A DNA stretch of 64,000 nucleotides from a virus. Positions 56,333 through 64,000 of this stretch are shown here, piece after piece (the first letter of the stretch is position 1; every line of letters starts with the position of its first letter). The stretch is from IMG/VR virus record IMGVR_UViG_3300010885_011634, positions 1-64,000 of that record, one strand, 5' to 3'. A program made the position numbers and the translations under genes. Below the pieces are notes generated by a model. That model did no database searches and was not told where the DNA came from. It saw nothing but the letters and a program-made list of their open reading frames with translations.

Positions 56333-56914
56333 TTAATTAGCTGCTTTATCTGTAGACATAAAATTAAATGCAATTGAAATACGTTCATCGTTTGAATCGT
56401 TTACCGTTACCGAATGTTTAAGCCAAGGTGAAAATATATACATTCTTCCTGTTTCTGGTTTAAGAATAAAATCTCCGCTAAATGCATTATCAAAATAATC
56501 AGCACCGTCATTTCTATACAATATTAAATTACTATTAGAATTCTCAGGAACCTTAACATAGTATACCCCAGTTAAAATATTAGTATTATGACTATGCATC
56601 ACATTGTAATGAGTTGATCGATTAATATTAATCCATGACGAAATTGTTCCGACACGTTTAGTAATATTAATTTGTTTACACACTTCGTTGGCAAACTCTA
56701 TTCCTGTGTTGGCAAGATTTTGCAACGCTGGATATAGCGGATCGTTAAGATTTGATGCTGTACTATGGAAGCCGCCTTTATTTGAAGCATATAACCCTGC
56801 TTCTATTTTCTCTCTCAATAGACACTCTTGCAATACAGCAGTATTGTCAATATCAAATTCTGAAGAAAAAATAAAACTTGAAAAAATAGGTTCGCTTACA
56901 ATATTAGTAAACAT
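56333..56914 (-). CDS. 2OG-Fe(II) oxygenase (TIGR02466-like)
   Basis: SNKGGFHS, WININ, HSH...GVYYV, WLKHSV, RISIAFN; start placed at ATG 56914. Confidence 0.82.
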   Translation of the reverse strand: MFTNIVSEPIFSSFIFSSEFDIDNTAVLQECLLREKIEAGLYASNKGGFHSTASNLNDPLYPALQNLANTGIEFANEVCKQINITKRVGTISSWININRSTHYNVMHSHNTNILTGVYYVKVPENSNSNLILYRNDGADYFDNAFSGDFILKPETGRMYIFSPWLKHSVTVNDSNDERISIAFNFMSTDKAAN

Positions 56915-56915
56915 A

Positions 56916-57512
56916 CTATGGCACCAACTTAATGTTAAAACTAATTGAAATTCTTTCTTTTTCTGAAATATTTGGTAACGTTCCATGTTGCAGCCACGAT
57001 GGAAACAACACCAATCGATTAGTAACAGCTTTATATTTGATGTTTGACGTTAAAAATTTTGATCTTAAACATAGCTCTGAATGATTGTATGCACTCGATG
57101 GTGCCATAAATTGAATGTCTCCACTGTTTTCGTGCGTCTGTACATAGTAGGCGCCGGAAATATCACTATACGGGTGACAGTGATATTCTTGATACATTCC
57201 TTTTTCTGAATAGTTAATCCATGAATCATACATATTAAGATATGAATATTTAGGATTTACTTCTAATTGATTTAAGAATGTATTTACAGATGCTAATATA
57301 TGATTTTTTAATATTGGGCAATGATTTTGAATTATATGATTCGATTGATTGTACTTAAATGTAGTCAGTATGTTTCCACCCCAAGGATTATTTAAGGTAG
57401 ATTTTTTATATTCATCACATACTGTTTGTGTTTCGGCATCTAACGATGTCTTAAGGTCAGCATCGTTGCAATCAACTACAAACACAGGTACTCCAAAGCA
57501 CATTTCTATCAT
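56916..57512 (-). CDS. 2OG-Fe(II) oxygenase (TIGR02466-like)
   Basis: SWIN, HCHPYSDISGAYY, FPSWLQHG, RISISFN. Confidence 0.82.
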   Translation of the reverse strand: MIEMCFGVPVFVVDCNDADLKTSLDAETQTVCDEYKKSTLNNPWGGNILTTFKYNQSNHIIQNHCPILKNHILASVNTFLNQLEVNPKYSYLNMYDSWINYSEKGMYQEYHCHPYSDISGAYYVQTHENSGDIQFMAPSSAYNHSELCLRSKFLTSNIKYKAVTNRLVLFPSWLQHGTLPNISEKERISISFNIKLVP

Positions 57513-58096
57513 ATTAGGTCAAAATTTATTATGCAGCGTTTATCAGTGACCGGAGACGAACTAGAATGATAGTGTGCGCCGCTAAAGAATACACATCTTC
57601 CTTTTACAGGGTCTACAGTTTTTATAGCAGTAAAATTAGTAATGCCTGCTTGTTCTACAGGAACATTCTGCAACGTTTGTTGATATATTGTTGTTGGTCC
57701 TTGACTATCGTTTACATAGTATAGACATACCAGATGCTCCATAGGCATGTCAATATGTGGGTTATTTGATATAGATGGCAAATACGTAGGCAGTTGAAGG
57801 AACGATCGAACCCTAAAAACGTGTTGTATATTAAAATTAATTTTATCACAGGCTGAATACACTAACGGTAATAAAAAATCTAATTTTTGAGTTATAAGCC
57901 CGTCTTCATTCTTGAACACATGAGCAAATGCAGGATACTTGCGTGTAATCCCAACCTTTTCACCGTTGTTATCAGCATAGGTAATATCATTCTGCAGATA
58001 CCACGGAATGCTTCCATCACTGAGCATGAACTGTTCAATTGCATCTTGATACTGCAATGGAATTACATTGTCTAAAACAATTATATCGTTAACCAT
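57509..58096 (-). CDS. 2OG-Fe(II) oxygenase
   Basis: PHID, LYYVNDSQGPT, HYHSSS, RCIINF; paralog of 53709..54299. Confidence 0.8.
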   Translation of the reverse strand: MVNDIIVLDNVIPLQYQDAIEQFMLSDGSIPWYLQNDITYADNNGEKVGITRKYPAFAHVFKNEDGLITQKLDFLLPLVYSACDKINFNIQHVFRVRSFLQLPTYLPSISNNPHIDMPMEHLVCLYYVNDSQGPTTIYQQTLQNVPVEQAGITNFTAIKTVDPVKGRCVFFSGAHYHSSSSPVTDKRCIINFDLI

Positions 58097-59273
58097 TAAA
58101 AATTTCCAGGTGTCTCATTTTCTCGTCTAATAAATTCCAAAGAAAAATACTAACTGGCCCCATTATAATTGCTTCATCATTTTGATTAAGATAATTTAAT
58201 AGTTTACAAGCACTAATGTGTTCTTTCCATAAAGGGCTGTTGTCTAAATGATTTTGAGTTTTTTCTTTTGTAATTTTCCAAAATGGCGTGTCAAATACCG
58301 AACCTTTGTTATAAACAAAATGAATAAAGTTTTCATATTTTTGTGCTTCTTCTACTAATCTATGATTTAACTCATCTAATGTGTGTCCCTCTACAGTAAA
58401 GAAATTTACTATTTTAACACATACAGAATCATAATAGTATCCCGACAATGCTTCAAGCGGTTCAAAAAATAATGCGCGGTTTCCGTTCTTAAAAATTCTT
58501 CCATCTAATGGTTTTTTAGAATAGTAATTTTTGAAAGAAAACTCTCTTAAGTTTAATCCGTCAACAGTTGTGTTAAAGATTTCTGCCATTTCTTCCATAG
58601 CTTCTTCTTTAGTTGTAATAGTATCATTAAACAAATACCCCCATCCTTGCCTAGTCTGTAAAGGAATACCAAACATCCAACCATTTTTATGTGCTTGGTG
58701 ATAGGTATAATTCCAATCACCGGGTTTTTCTATAGTATGTATTAGTGCATGATTAACTGGGAGATCCTTACAAATTTCATAATCAGTATAGTCGTCTGGA
58801 TACCCACGACAGTCTACAATATAATCAAAGGTGTGTGGAACGCCGTTGATTAGCATTTCAACTTTATCGGCATCTTGCTTTAGGTCTTCAATTTTTCCTT
58901 CAAGTGCCGTGAATCGTTTGCCCCATTTAGATTTTAATTTTTTAATGACCACTTCACCTAACTTAAAATTATTAAAATGCATGGCAAAAAAGGGCGGAAG
59001 TATGTGAGTATTGAACGGCTCTGGAGTCCAGTTGATATATTTTACACCGTGCTTAGTTGTGGCATCAAGATCATCGGCATTGTCCAACATTGTAAATCCG
59101 GCACCTTTCCATAGTGCTTGTGGCAACGCAGTTGTAGTACTTTCGCCAATACCTAAAATTTTAATATCAGGATCGTGAATAGAATATATTTCAAAGTCGT
59201 TAGGCAGATGTGCTGACAAATAACACAGAGTATGTACTCCTGCGGTTCCAACACCTATAATTGCTATTTTCAT
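58089..59273 (-). CDS. flavin-dependent halogenase-like protein (tryptophan halogenase family), short form
   Basis: GVGTAG, GIGEST, ATTKHG (Lys), DCRG, GWMFGIP, FFEPLEA. Confidence 0.8.
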   Translation of the reverse strand: MKIAIIGVGTAGVHTLCYLSAHLPNDFEIYSIHDPDIKILGIGESTTTALPQALWKGAGFTMLDNADDLDATTKHGVKYINWTPEPFNTHILPPFFAMHFNNFKLGEVVIKKLKSKWGKRFTALEGKIEDLKQDADKVEMLINGVPHTFDYIVDCRGYPDDYTDYEICKDLPVNHALIHTIEKPGDWNYTYHQAHKNGWMFGIPLQTRQGWGYLFNDTITTKEEAMEEMAEIFNTTVDGLNLREFSFKNYYSKKPLDGRIFKNGNRALFFEPLEALSGYYYDSVCVKIVNFFTVEGHTLDELNHRLVEEAQKYENFIHFVYNKGSVFDTPFWKITKEKTQNHLDNSPLWKEHISACKLLNYLNQNDEAIIMGPVSIFLWNLLDEKMRHLEIFNG

Positions 59274-59290
59274 ATAATCCTTAAGTTATC

Positions 59291-59860
59291 CTATGCTACA
59301 AATTTTGCTGCAAATGTAAATCTAAAATGTGGTGCAAGAACTGTTGATGGTCTAATCATATGCGGAATTCTTGGATCAAATATAATTAATTTTCCTGGCT
59401 TGAATTGTGACACATACTCAAAGTCCGTTCCGTCCTCGTTAAGAAAAATAGTTTCACCGCCCCATTCAGGACTCCATTCTAAATTTAGATAGTATACAAG
59501 AGTCCAACTATTTTCAAGATTGTTATCTACGTGTGTATGAAATCTATCTGCGGGTGAGCATAGATTAATCATAGCATGCTGCATGGTTTCATTTGATATA
59601 TTAAATTTTTCTAATATTTCTGCAGGAAGTCTTCTTAAAATCTCAAGTCGATCTACATCGAACGGTGTATACACCGATACTAACGATAAGTGTTCTTTAT
59701 TTTCTAAAAGTTTGCTATCTGTACCGTCAATCTTAAACATCGATGTTATTGCAAAATTGTAAAATTGACTGCGTGTTGCAAAGTCAAACAAGTTCTCAAA
59801 TACGTATATCTTCTTGTTTGTTGCTGTTGTAAATTCTTTGGTTAAAACTTCTGAGCCCAT
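59291..59860 (-). CDS. 2OG-Fe(II) oxygenase
   Basis: HTHVD, YYLNLEWSPEWGGET, IPH, RFTFA. Confidence 0.83.
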   Translation of the reverse strand: MGSEVLTKEFTTATNKKIYVFENLFDFATRSQFYNFAITSMFKIDGTDSKLLENKEHLSLVSVYTPFDVDRLEILRRLPAEILEKFNISNETMQHAMINLCSPADRFHTHVDNNLENSWTLVYYLNLEWSPEWGGETIFLNEDGTDFEYVSQFKPGKLIIFDPRIPHMIRPSTVLAPHFRFTFAAKFVA

Positions 59861-61314
59861 TCTTCAATTCCTATATAGTCTTTGCATATTTTCATATTGC
59901 GCTCTTTTTGTCTAGCATAGTATCTTAATATATATTCGTTAGATTCGTGCTTTGCTACTAGAGCTGGCGAGATTAATCCCAATGCATCAACTACTGTTAT
60001 CCAGCTTTCTAATGAATATTGTCTAGAGTAGTTGTTTAAGTTAATTTTTCCTGTGAGGTAAAATTGTTTTATTTCTTCTAATCTCGCAGTCAATGACTCT
60101 GGTATTCTGCTAGGATTGGTTTGATGTTCTTTCCAAAATTTAGTTTCTAATCCTTTTCCTCTATAATGCAATGATAAAAAATTCTTTATTGCTTCATAAC
60201 TTTCTGCTACTGATTGATTAAATTCTTTAGGAAACTCGCTAGCGTCTACCCATGGATTCCACACCCTTCTAAGGATCTCTAAAGAGTCAGTAATAATTCC
60301 AACTCCGTTAGCTTCTAATGGTTCTAAAAAGCCAGTGCTCAACCCAAGTCCTATTACATTATTCTTCTGGACTTGATCTAATACACATGGACTAAACTTT
60401 ATAGATGCAACTGGTTCTGCATGTTCACCAAATTTAGATCTAATTTCGTCTAGAGCCTGCTCAGGAGTTAAAATGTCTGGATCATACAGATATCCTTGTC
60501 CGGTCCTTTGCTTAATACCAATTTGCCAACTCCATCCGGCATCCATTGCTGTTGCTATTGTAGCTGAATTAAATTTTGGCTTATCCCACCAAGCTATCAC
60601 TGCTCTTGCTGGAAAGATGTCAGCGTATTCTGTTTTTCCTACATTCATTACTTTTTCTAATAGCAGTCTTGCAAATCCTGAGCAATCTATTGCCCAGTCA
60701 AGTGGAACTATTCGATCGTTATCTAGCACTAACGATTCAATATTTCCTTGGTGGTCAAGATTTGACTTCTGATATTCACCTTCTATAAGTGATATGTTTC
60801 TAGATAGCCCAATCTTTTTTAAGTATGCAGCATTAGCTCGTGAATCAAAATGCCACATAGACGGACCTATTTGATTTGTATTGGTATCAAATGGAACTAA
60901 ATTTTCTTTAACACACTGTCCGCTATGAGGAATGTCGCAGGGAGTTATACCCGAGCCTATTAGTTCTCTAAAATAAAAATATCTTTCTTTTTTACTTGGG
61001 AATGTTTTTGCCCATTCAGTGTAATATTCGGAAAACAGTGAGTGATAAAATTTATGACCTTTACCGTTCCAGTTATAAAACTCCCCGCCTTGTTTTGGGG
61101 TAGCTCCTGTTTCTTTGACCCAATCAATGATGTCGATGCCTAGGTTATTATATATTCCGTTGATTGGAAGATTTCCGCTTTCTCCTGCAATAATTGGAGG
61201 GCGTTTAGGATCCTCAATTACCGTCACTGTTAAATCAGGCCAGTAGTTTTTTATAAAGATAGCCGATAGCCATCCTGCTGTGCCTCCACCTAAAATAACT
61301 ACAGACTTAGTCAT
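59842..61314 (-). CDS. flavin-dependent halogenase (tryptophan halogenase family)
   Basis: GGGTAGW, AGES, ATPKQG (Lys), HFD, IDCSGF, GWSWQIG, FLEPLEANG. Confidence 0.85.
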   Translation of the reverse strand: MTKSVVILGGGTAGWLSAIFIKNYWPDLTVTVIEDPKRPPIIAGESGNLPINGIYNNLGIDIIDWVKETGATPKQGGEFYNWNGKGHKFYHSLFSEYYTEWAKTFPSKKERYFYFRELIGSGITPCDIPHSGQCVKENLVPFDTNTNQIGPSMWHFDSRANAAYLKKIGLSRNISLIEGEYQKSNLDHQGNIESLVLDNDRIVPLDWAIDCSGFARLLLEKVMNVGKTEYADIFPARAVIAWWDKPKFNSATIATAMDAGWSWQIGIKQRTGQGYLYDPDILTPEQALDEIRSKFGEHAEPVASIKFSPCVLDQVQKNNVIGLGLSTGFLEPLEANGVGIITDSLEILRRVWNPWVDASEFPKEFNQSVAESYEAIKNFLSLHYRGKGLETKFWKEHQTNPSRIPESLTARLEEIKQFYLTGKINLNNYSRQYSLESWITVVDALGLISPALVAKHESNEYILRYYARQKERNMKICKDYIGIEEWAQKF

Positions 61315-62896
61315 GATAAATGTTATCTTTTAGGAACTGATAATGAGTTGGCAAAGTATCAATATATTCTAGTACCTGTGATTTTCGAAGCTCGTAGTTT
61401 GCTCGAACTTCGTTCCAAATTTTTTCAGCATTCGGTGATCTAAACTCTACTAAATTCGCATACGATTCAGAGATGGGATTTAGCCCCATTCCAGCCATAA
61501 TAAATGTTTCTCCCACGGGCGTATCCCATCTTAAAGATTTTTCTGAATTTATTCTAAACATAGTTTCTTGAGCATTTCTTCTAAAGTTTACTTTAAGATC
61601 AAACGCTTCTGGAACATATCTAATTTTATTTGTTGCGTGGCGCCAATACTCAGTATCTGATCGTTGACTCATAGCATAGTGTAAGGATACAAATTGTTTG
61701 AATCCTTCAAGTTCTTCTCTTGCAGCAAAATTCCACCCGTCGATGTCAAATTGATTTACATACCCGTCTCTACGTGATAGAGTATCACTTAGCCTCATGA
61801 TATTTTCGTGTGTTGTTAATAGTCCAGTAGATTCTAACGGCTCAATAAATCCTAATGCTAGGCCCATTGCGCAGACGTTTTTAACCCAAGGTTCGTCTTG
61901 GACACCGTGGCGTATCTCGATATAATTAAATTCTGTTTCCTCGGCAGTTTTTTCGCCTAGCCTAATCGCTAAATGTTTTCTAAAATCCTTTTCTGCTTGT
62001 TCTCTATCTGCAAATTTACTCGAATGTACATAACCTGTACCTCGTCGGGTATATAACGGAATGTCCCACACCCATCCATTTTCGATAGCGGTACAATTAG
62101 TTACAGAGTGCATTTCATTTTCTCGATCAACATATTGCACTCTAGCAGCCAATGCTCGATCGTTTAGTAATACATCATCAAAACTTAAAAATTTTGTTTT
62201 CATTACCTTTTCAATTAATATTTTTCTGAAGCCCGATGCATCAATGTATAAATCGGCTGTTAAGTGTCGACCATCTTCGGTAATGATTTCAGAAACTTCT
62301 CCTAGCTCATTTTGTTTTACATCAACAATCGTGTCTTGTATGTGAGTCACTCCATTCGGAATGGCTATTTTTTCTTTTAGGTAAACTCCGAATCGTTCGG
62401 CATCCATGTGATATGCAGTGTTAAGATGGAAATCAAACCCTCTAATTTTACCTTCTTCATTTTTAGTTAATTTGTTTCTGTCAGTCATTAATACTTGATT
62501 AACAAACATCTCTGCAAAATCGCTAGGTGGTAATTTTTTTCCCGAATATGCTTGATAGTGGAACCAATCCATAATTCCATTATAACAATCAGCAGTATCA
62601 AAATTTCCAAACGGATAATGAAAAGATCCGCTGTCTTTTTCTCTGAAATCTGTAAATTTGATTGAAGTTTTATAGGTAGCGTTACAAAAACTCATCCAAT
62701 CTTCGTCTTTTAATCCCAATGAATCTAAAAATACATTTATGTGCCCAAGCGTAGATTCTCCTACTCCGATGGTTCCTATTTTTTTAGATTCGATCAATGT
62801 TATATCTAAAAATTTTAATTTTTTAGATAGATATGCAGCCGTCATCCAGCCGGTTGATCCGCCGCCTACTATTAAAACTTTTTTGATTGTTGGCAT
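61307..62896 (-). CDS. flavin-dependent halogenase (tryptophan halogenase family)
   Basis: GGGSTGW, IGVGEST, ATYKTSI (catalytic Lys position), AYHMDA, GWVWDIP, FIEPLESTG. Confidence 0.9.
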   Translation of the reverse strand: MPTIKKVLIVGGGSTGWMTAAYLSKKLKFLDITLIESKKIGTIGVGESTLGHINVFLDSLGLKDEDWMSFCNATYKTSIKFTDFREKDSGSFHYPFGNFDTADCYNGIMDWFHYQAYSGKKLPPSDFAEMFVNQVLMTDRNKLTKNEEGKIRGFDFHLNTAYHMDAERFGVYLKEKIAIPNGVTHIQDTIVDVKQNELGEVSEIITEDGRHLTADLYIDASGFRKILIEKVMKTKFLSFDDVLLNDRALAARVQYVDRENEMHSVTNCTAIENGWVWDIPLYTRRGTGYVHSSKFADREQAEKDFRKHLAIRLGEKTAEETEFNYIEIRHGVQDEPWVKNVCAMGLALGFIEPLESTGLLTTHENIMRLSDTLSRRDGYVNQFDIDGWNFAAREELEGFKQFVSLHYAMSQRSDTEYWRHATNKIRYVPEAFDLKVNFRRNAQETMFRINSEKSLRWDTPVGETFIMAGMGLNPISESYANLVEFRSPNAEKIWNEVRANYELRKSQVLEYIDTLPTHYQFLKDNIYHD

Positions 62897-64000
62897 TACG
62901 TTATTTTCCTTTTCATGATCATTTCAAGTGCATCTCTATGTTTAAGCGGCTGTTCTGAATCGTCTTTTGCTTTAATTACAAATAGTTTTATTGCAGCCTC
63001 GTGCTGTAAGTCAGCTGGCATGTTATGCCACTTTGCTATTAATTTTTCTCTATCAAAATGTCCTAGTCCATTAAGAACTAAAAACCAATTATGATTTCTA
63101 AATAATATATATGGTTTTGCGAACGTTGTTGATAACGGCATATTTTCTTTATACATTGACAATGTTTTTGCATTAAACTCAGTTAACTTGAGTGTTTTAC
63201 AATACTTCCAAAAATCTGAATCTTCTCGTTTTGTTAGATAATGCAATTGCACAAAATCTATAGTATTTTGAAATACATCAACGAATTGTGCATTATAAAT
63301 TTCTGATATAGTAGTATTGGTTAATCCCCATGCAGGTAAGCAAGTACTTAATGAAAATGCTTGTTGTATTGCAGTTCCTATGTTTGTGGCCTCTAGTGGT
63401 TCAATAAAACTAGCAGACAAACCGATAGCACATACATTTTTTATCCACGGAGTCTTTGCATAACCTGCAGAAAACTTAAATCTTTTTACAATATTAAGTT
63501 TTTGTCCATATAGTTCTTCGACTTCTTTAATAGCAGTTTCTTCGTCGATAAATTTATCACAGTATACATATCCGTTACCAAATCTATGTTGCGTAGGAAT
63601 TTGCCATACCCATCCAGCACTAAGGGCAGTGGCTTTAGTATAAGAAGGAATTTCTTGGTCGTCTGTAAATTCTGTTGGGAATGTTATTGCAGAATTTACT
63701 GGTAGAAATTCTGCACAGTCTACCCATTCTGCATTTAATTTTTTAGTTAATACCTTATGAAATCCCGAACAATCGATATAAAACTCTGATGTGTAAGAAT
63801 TTGATTCTCCAAATATTTTACTAATGCCGTTGTCATCTGTTTCAACAGAAGTAATAGTATCTTCTACAATGCTTACACCTGCCTCTAAACATTTTTTTTG
63901 TAAAAATTCGTTGAGCTTAAAGGTATCAAAGTGAAATTGGTTCGCTGAAAATTCGAAAGGATAATAATGCTCGCTGTTTGCAATATAGTCGCCAACACAT
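62896..64000 (-). CDS. flavin-dependent halogenase (5' truncated by the window end)
   Basis: Frame stays open upstream of the ORF-track start: QFHFDT, YIDCSGF, GWVWQIP, FIEPLEATN. Confidence 0.85.
   Translation of the reverse strand, partial: CVGDYIANSEHYYPFEFSANQFHFDTFKLNEFLQKKCLEAGVSIVEDTITSVETDDNGISKIFGESNSYTSEFYIDCSGFHKVLTKKLNAEWVDCAEFLPVNSAITFPTEFTDDQEIPSYTKATALSAGWVWQIPTQHRFGNGYVYCDKFIDEETAIKEVEELYGQKLNIVKRFKFSAGYAKTPWIKNVCAIGLSASFIEPLEATNIGTAIQQAFSLSTCLPAWGLTNTTISEIYNAQFVDVFQNTIDFVQLHYLTKREDSDFWKYCKTLKLTEFNAKTLSMYKENMPLSTTFAKPYILFRNHNWFLVLNGLGHFDREKLIAKWHNMPADLQHEAAIKLFVIKAKDDSEQPLKHRDALEMIMKRKIT

Noticed and set aside
62896-63420. Short 174-aa halogenase fragment or pseudogene as given in the ORF track
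   Set aside because: The reading frame is open to the window edge and carries the upstream halogenase motifs; it is simply truncated by the window
1-64000. Stop-codon reassignment as seen in some large phages
   Set aside because: Core genes are full length in the standard code, and TAA, TAG and TGA all serve as stops at tight gene junctions

Overview
A 64-kb segment of a large, AT-rich, T4-related (contractile-tailed, probably jumbo) bacteriophage genome using the standard genetic code. In order: (1) 1-2.9 kb, a visibly GC-richer early region of small ORFs, with four near-consensus sigma70 promoters (TTGACATTTTGG-N11-TATA(A/C)T); (2) 2.9-3.8 kb, a boundary region with duplicated motifs and hairpins; (3) 4.4-12 kb, a replication module (gp41-like helicase, primase, putative clamp-loader subunit), a 192-aa minimal DnaE-type polymerase core and a Pol-beta-type nucleotidyltransferase; (4) 12-30 kb, a glycan island (three-gene UDP-6-deoxy-L-HexNAc pathway, GT2/GT8/GT32-like and five paralogous GT-B enzymes, methyltransferases, cytidylyltransferase-cupin) interrupted by UvsW; (5) UvsY-UvsX-gp32; (6) 33.5-52 kb, morphogenesis genes (terminases, gp4, tube, 1170-aa sheath, neck gp13/gp14, gp15, fibre-like protein); (7) 52-64 kb, an array of nine 2OG-Fe(II) oxygenases and four flavin-dependent halogenase-like genes. 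The most notable observations are: a TAA(A/G)TA late-promoter motif only 4-5 nt before many start codons (implying systematic leaderless mRNAs), the mini-DnaE, an unannotated 45-aa 10-Cys metallothionein-like ORF coupled inside the neck operon, and the oxygenase/halogenase array. All protein calls come from motif recognition by eye; no database searches were run.
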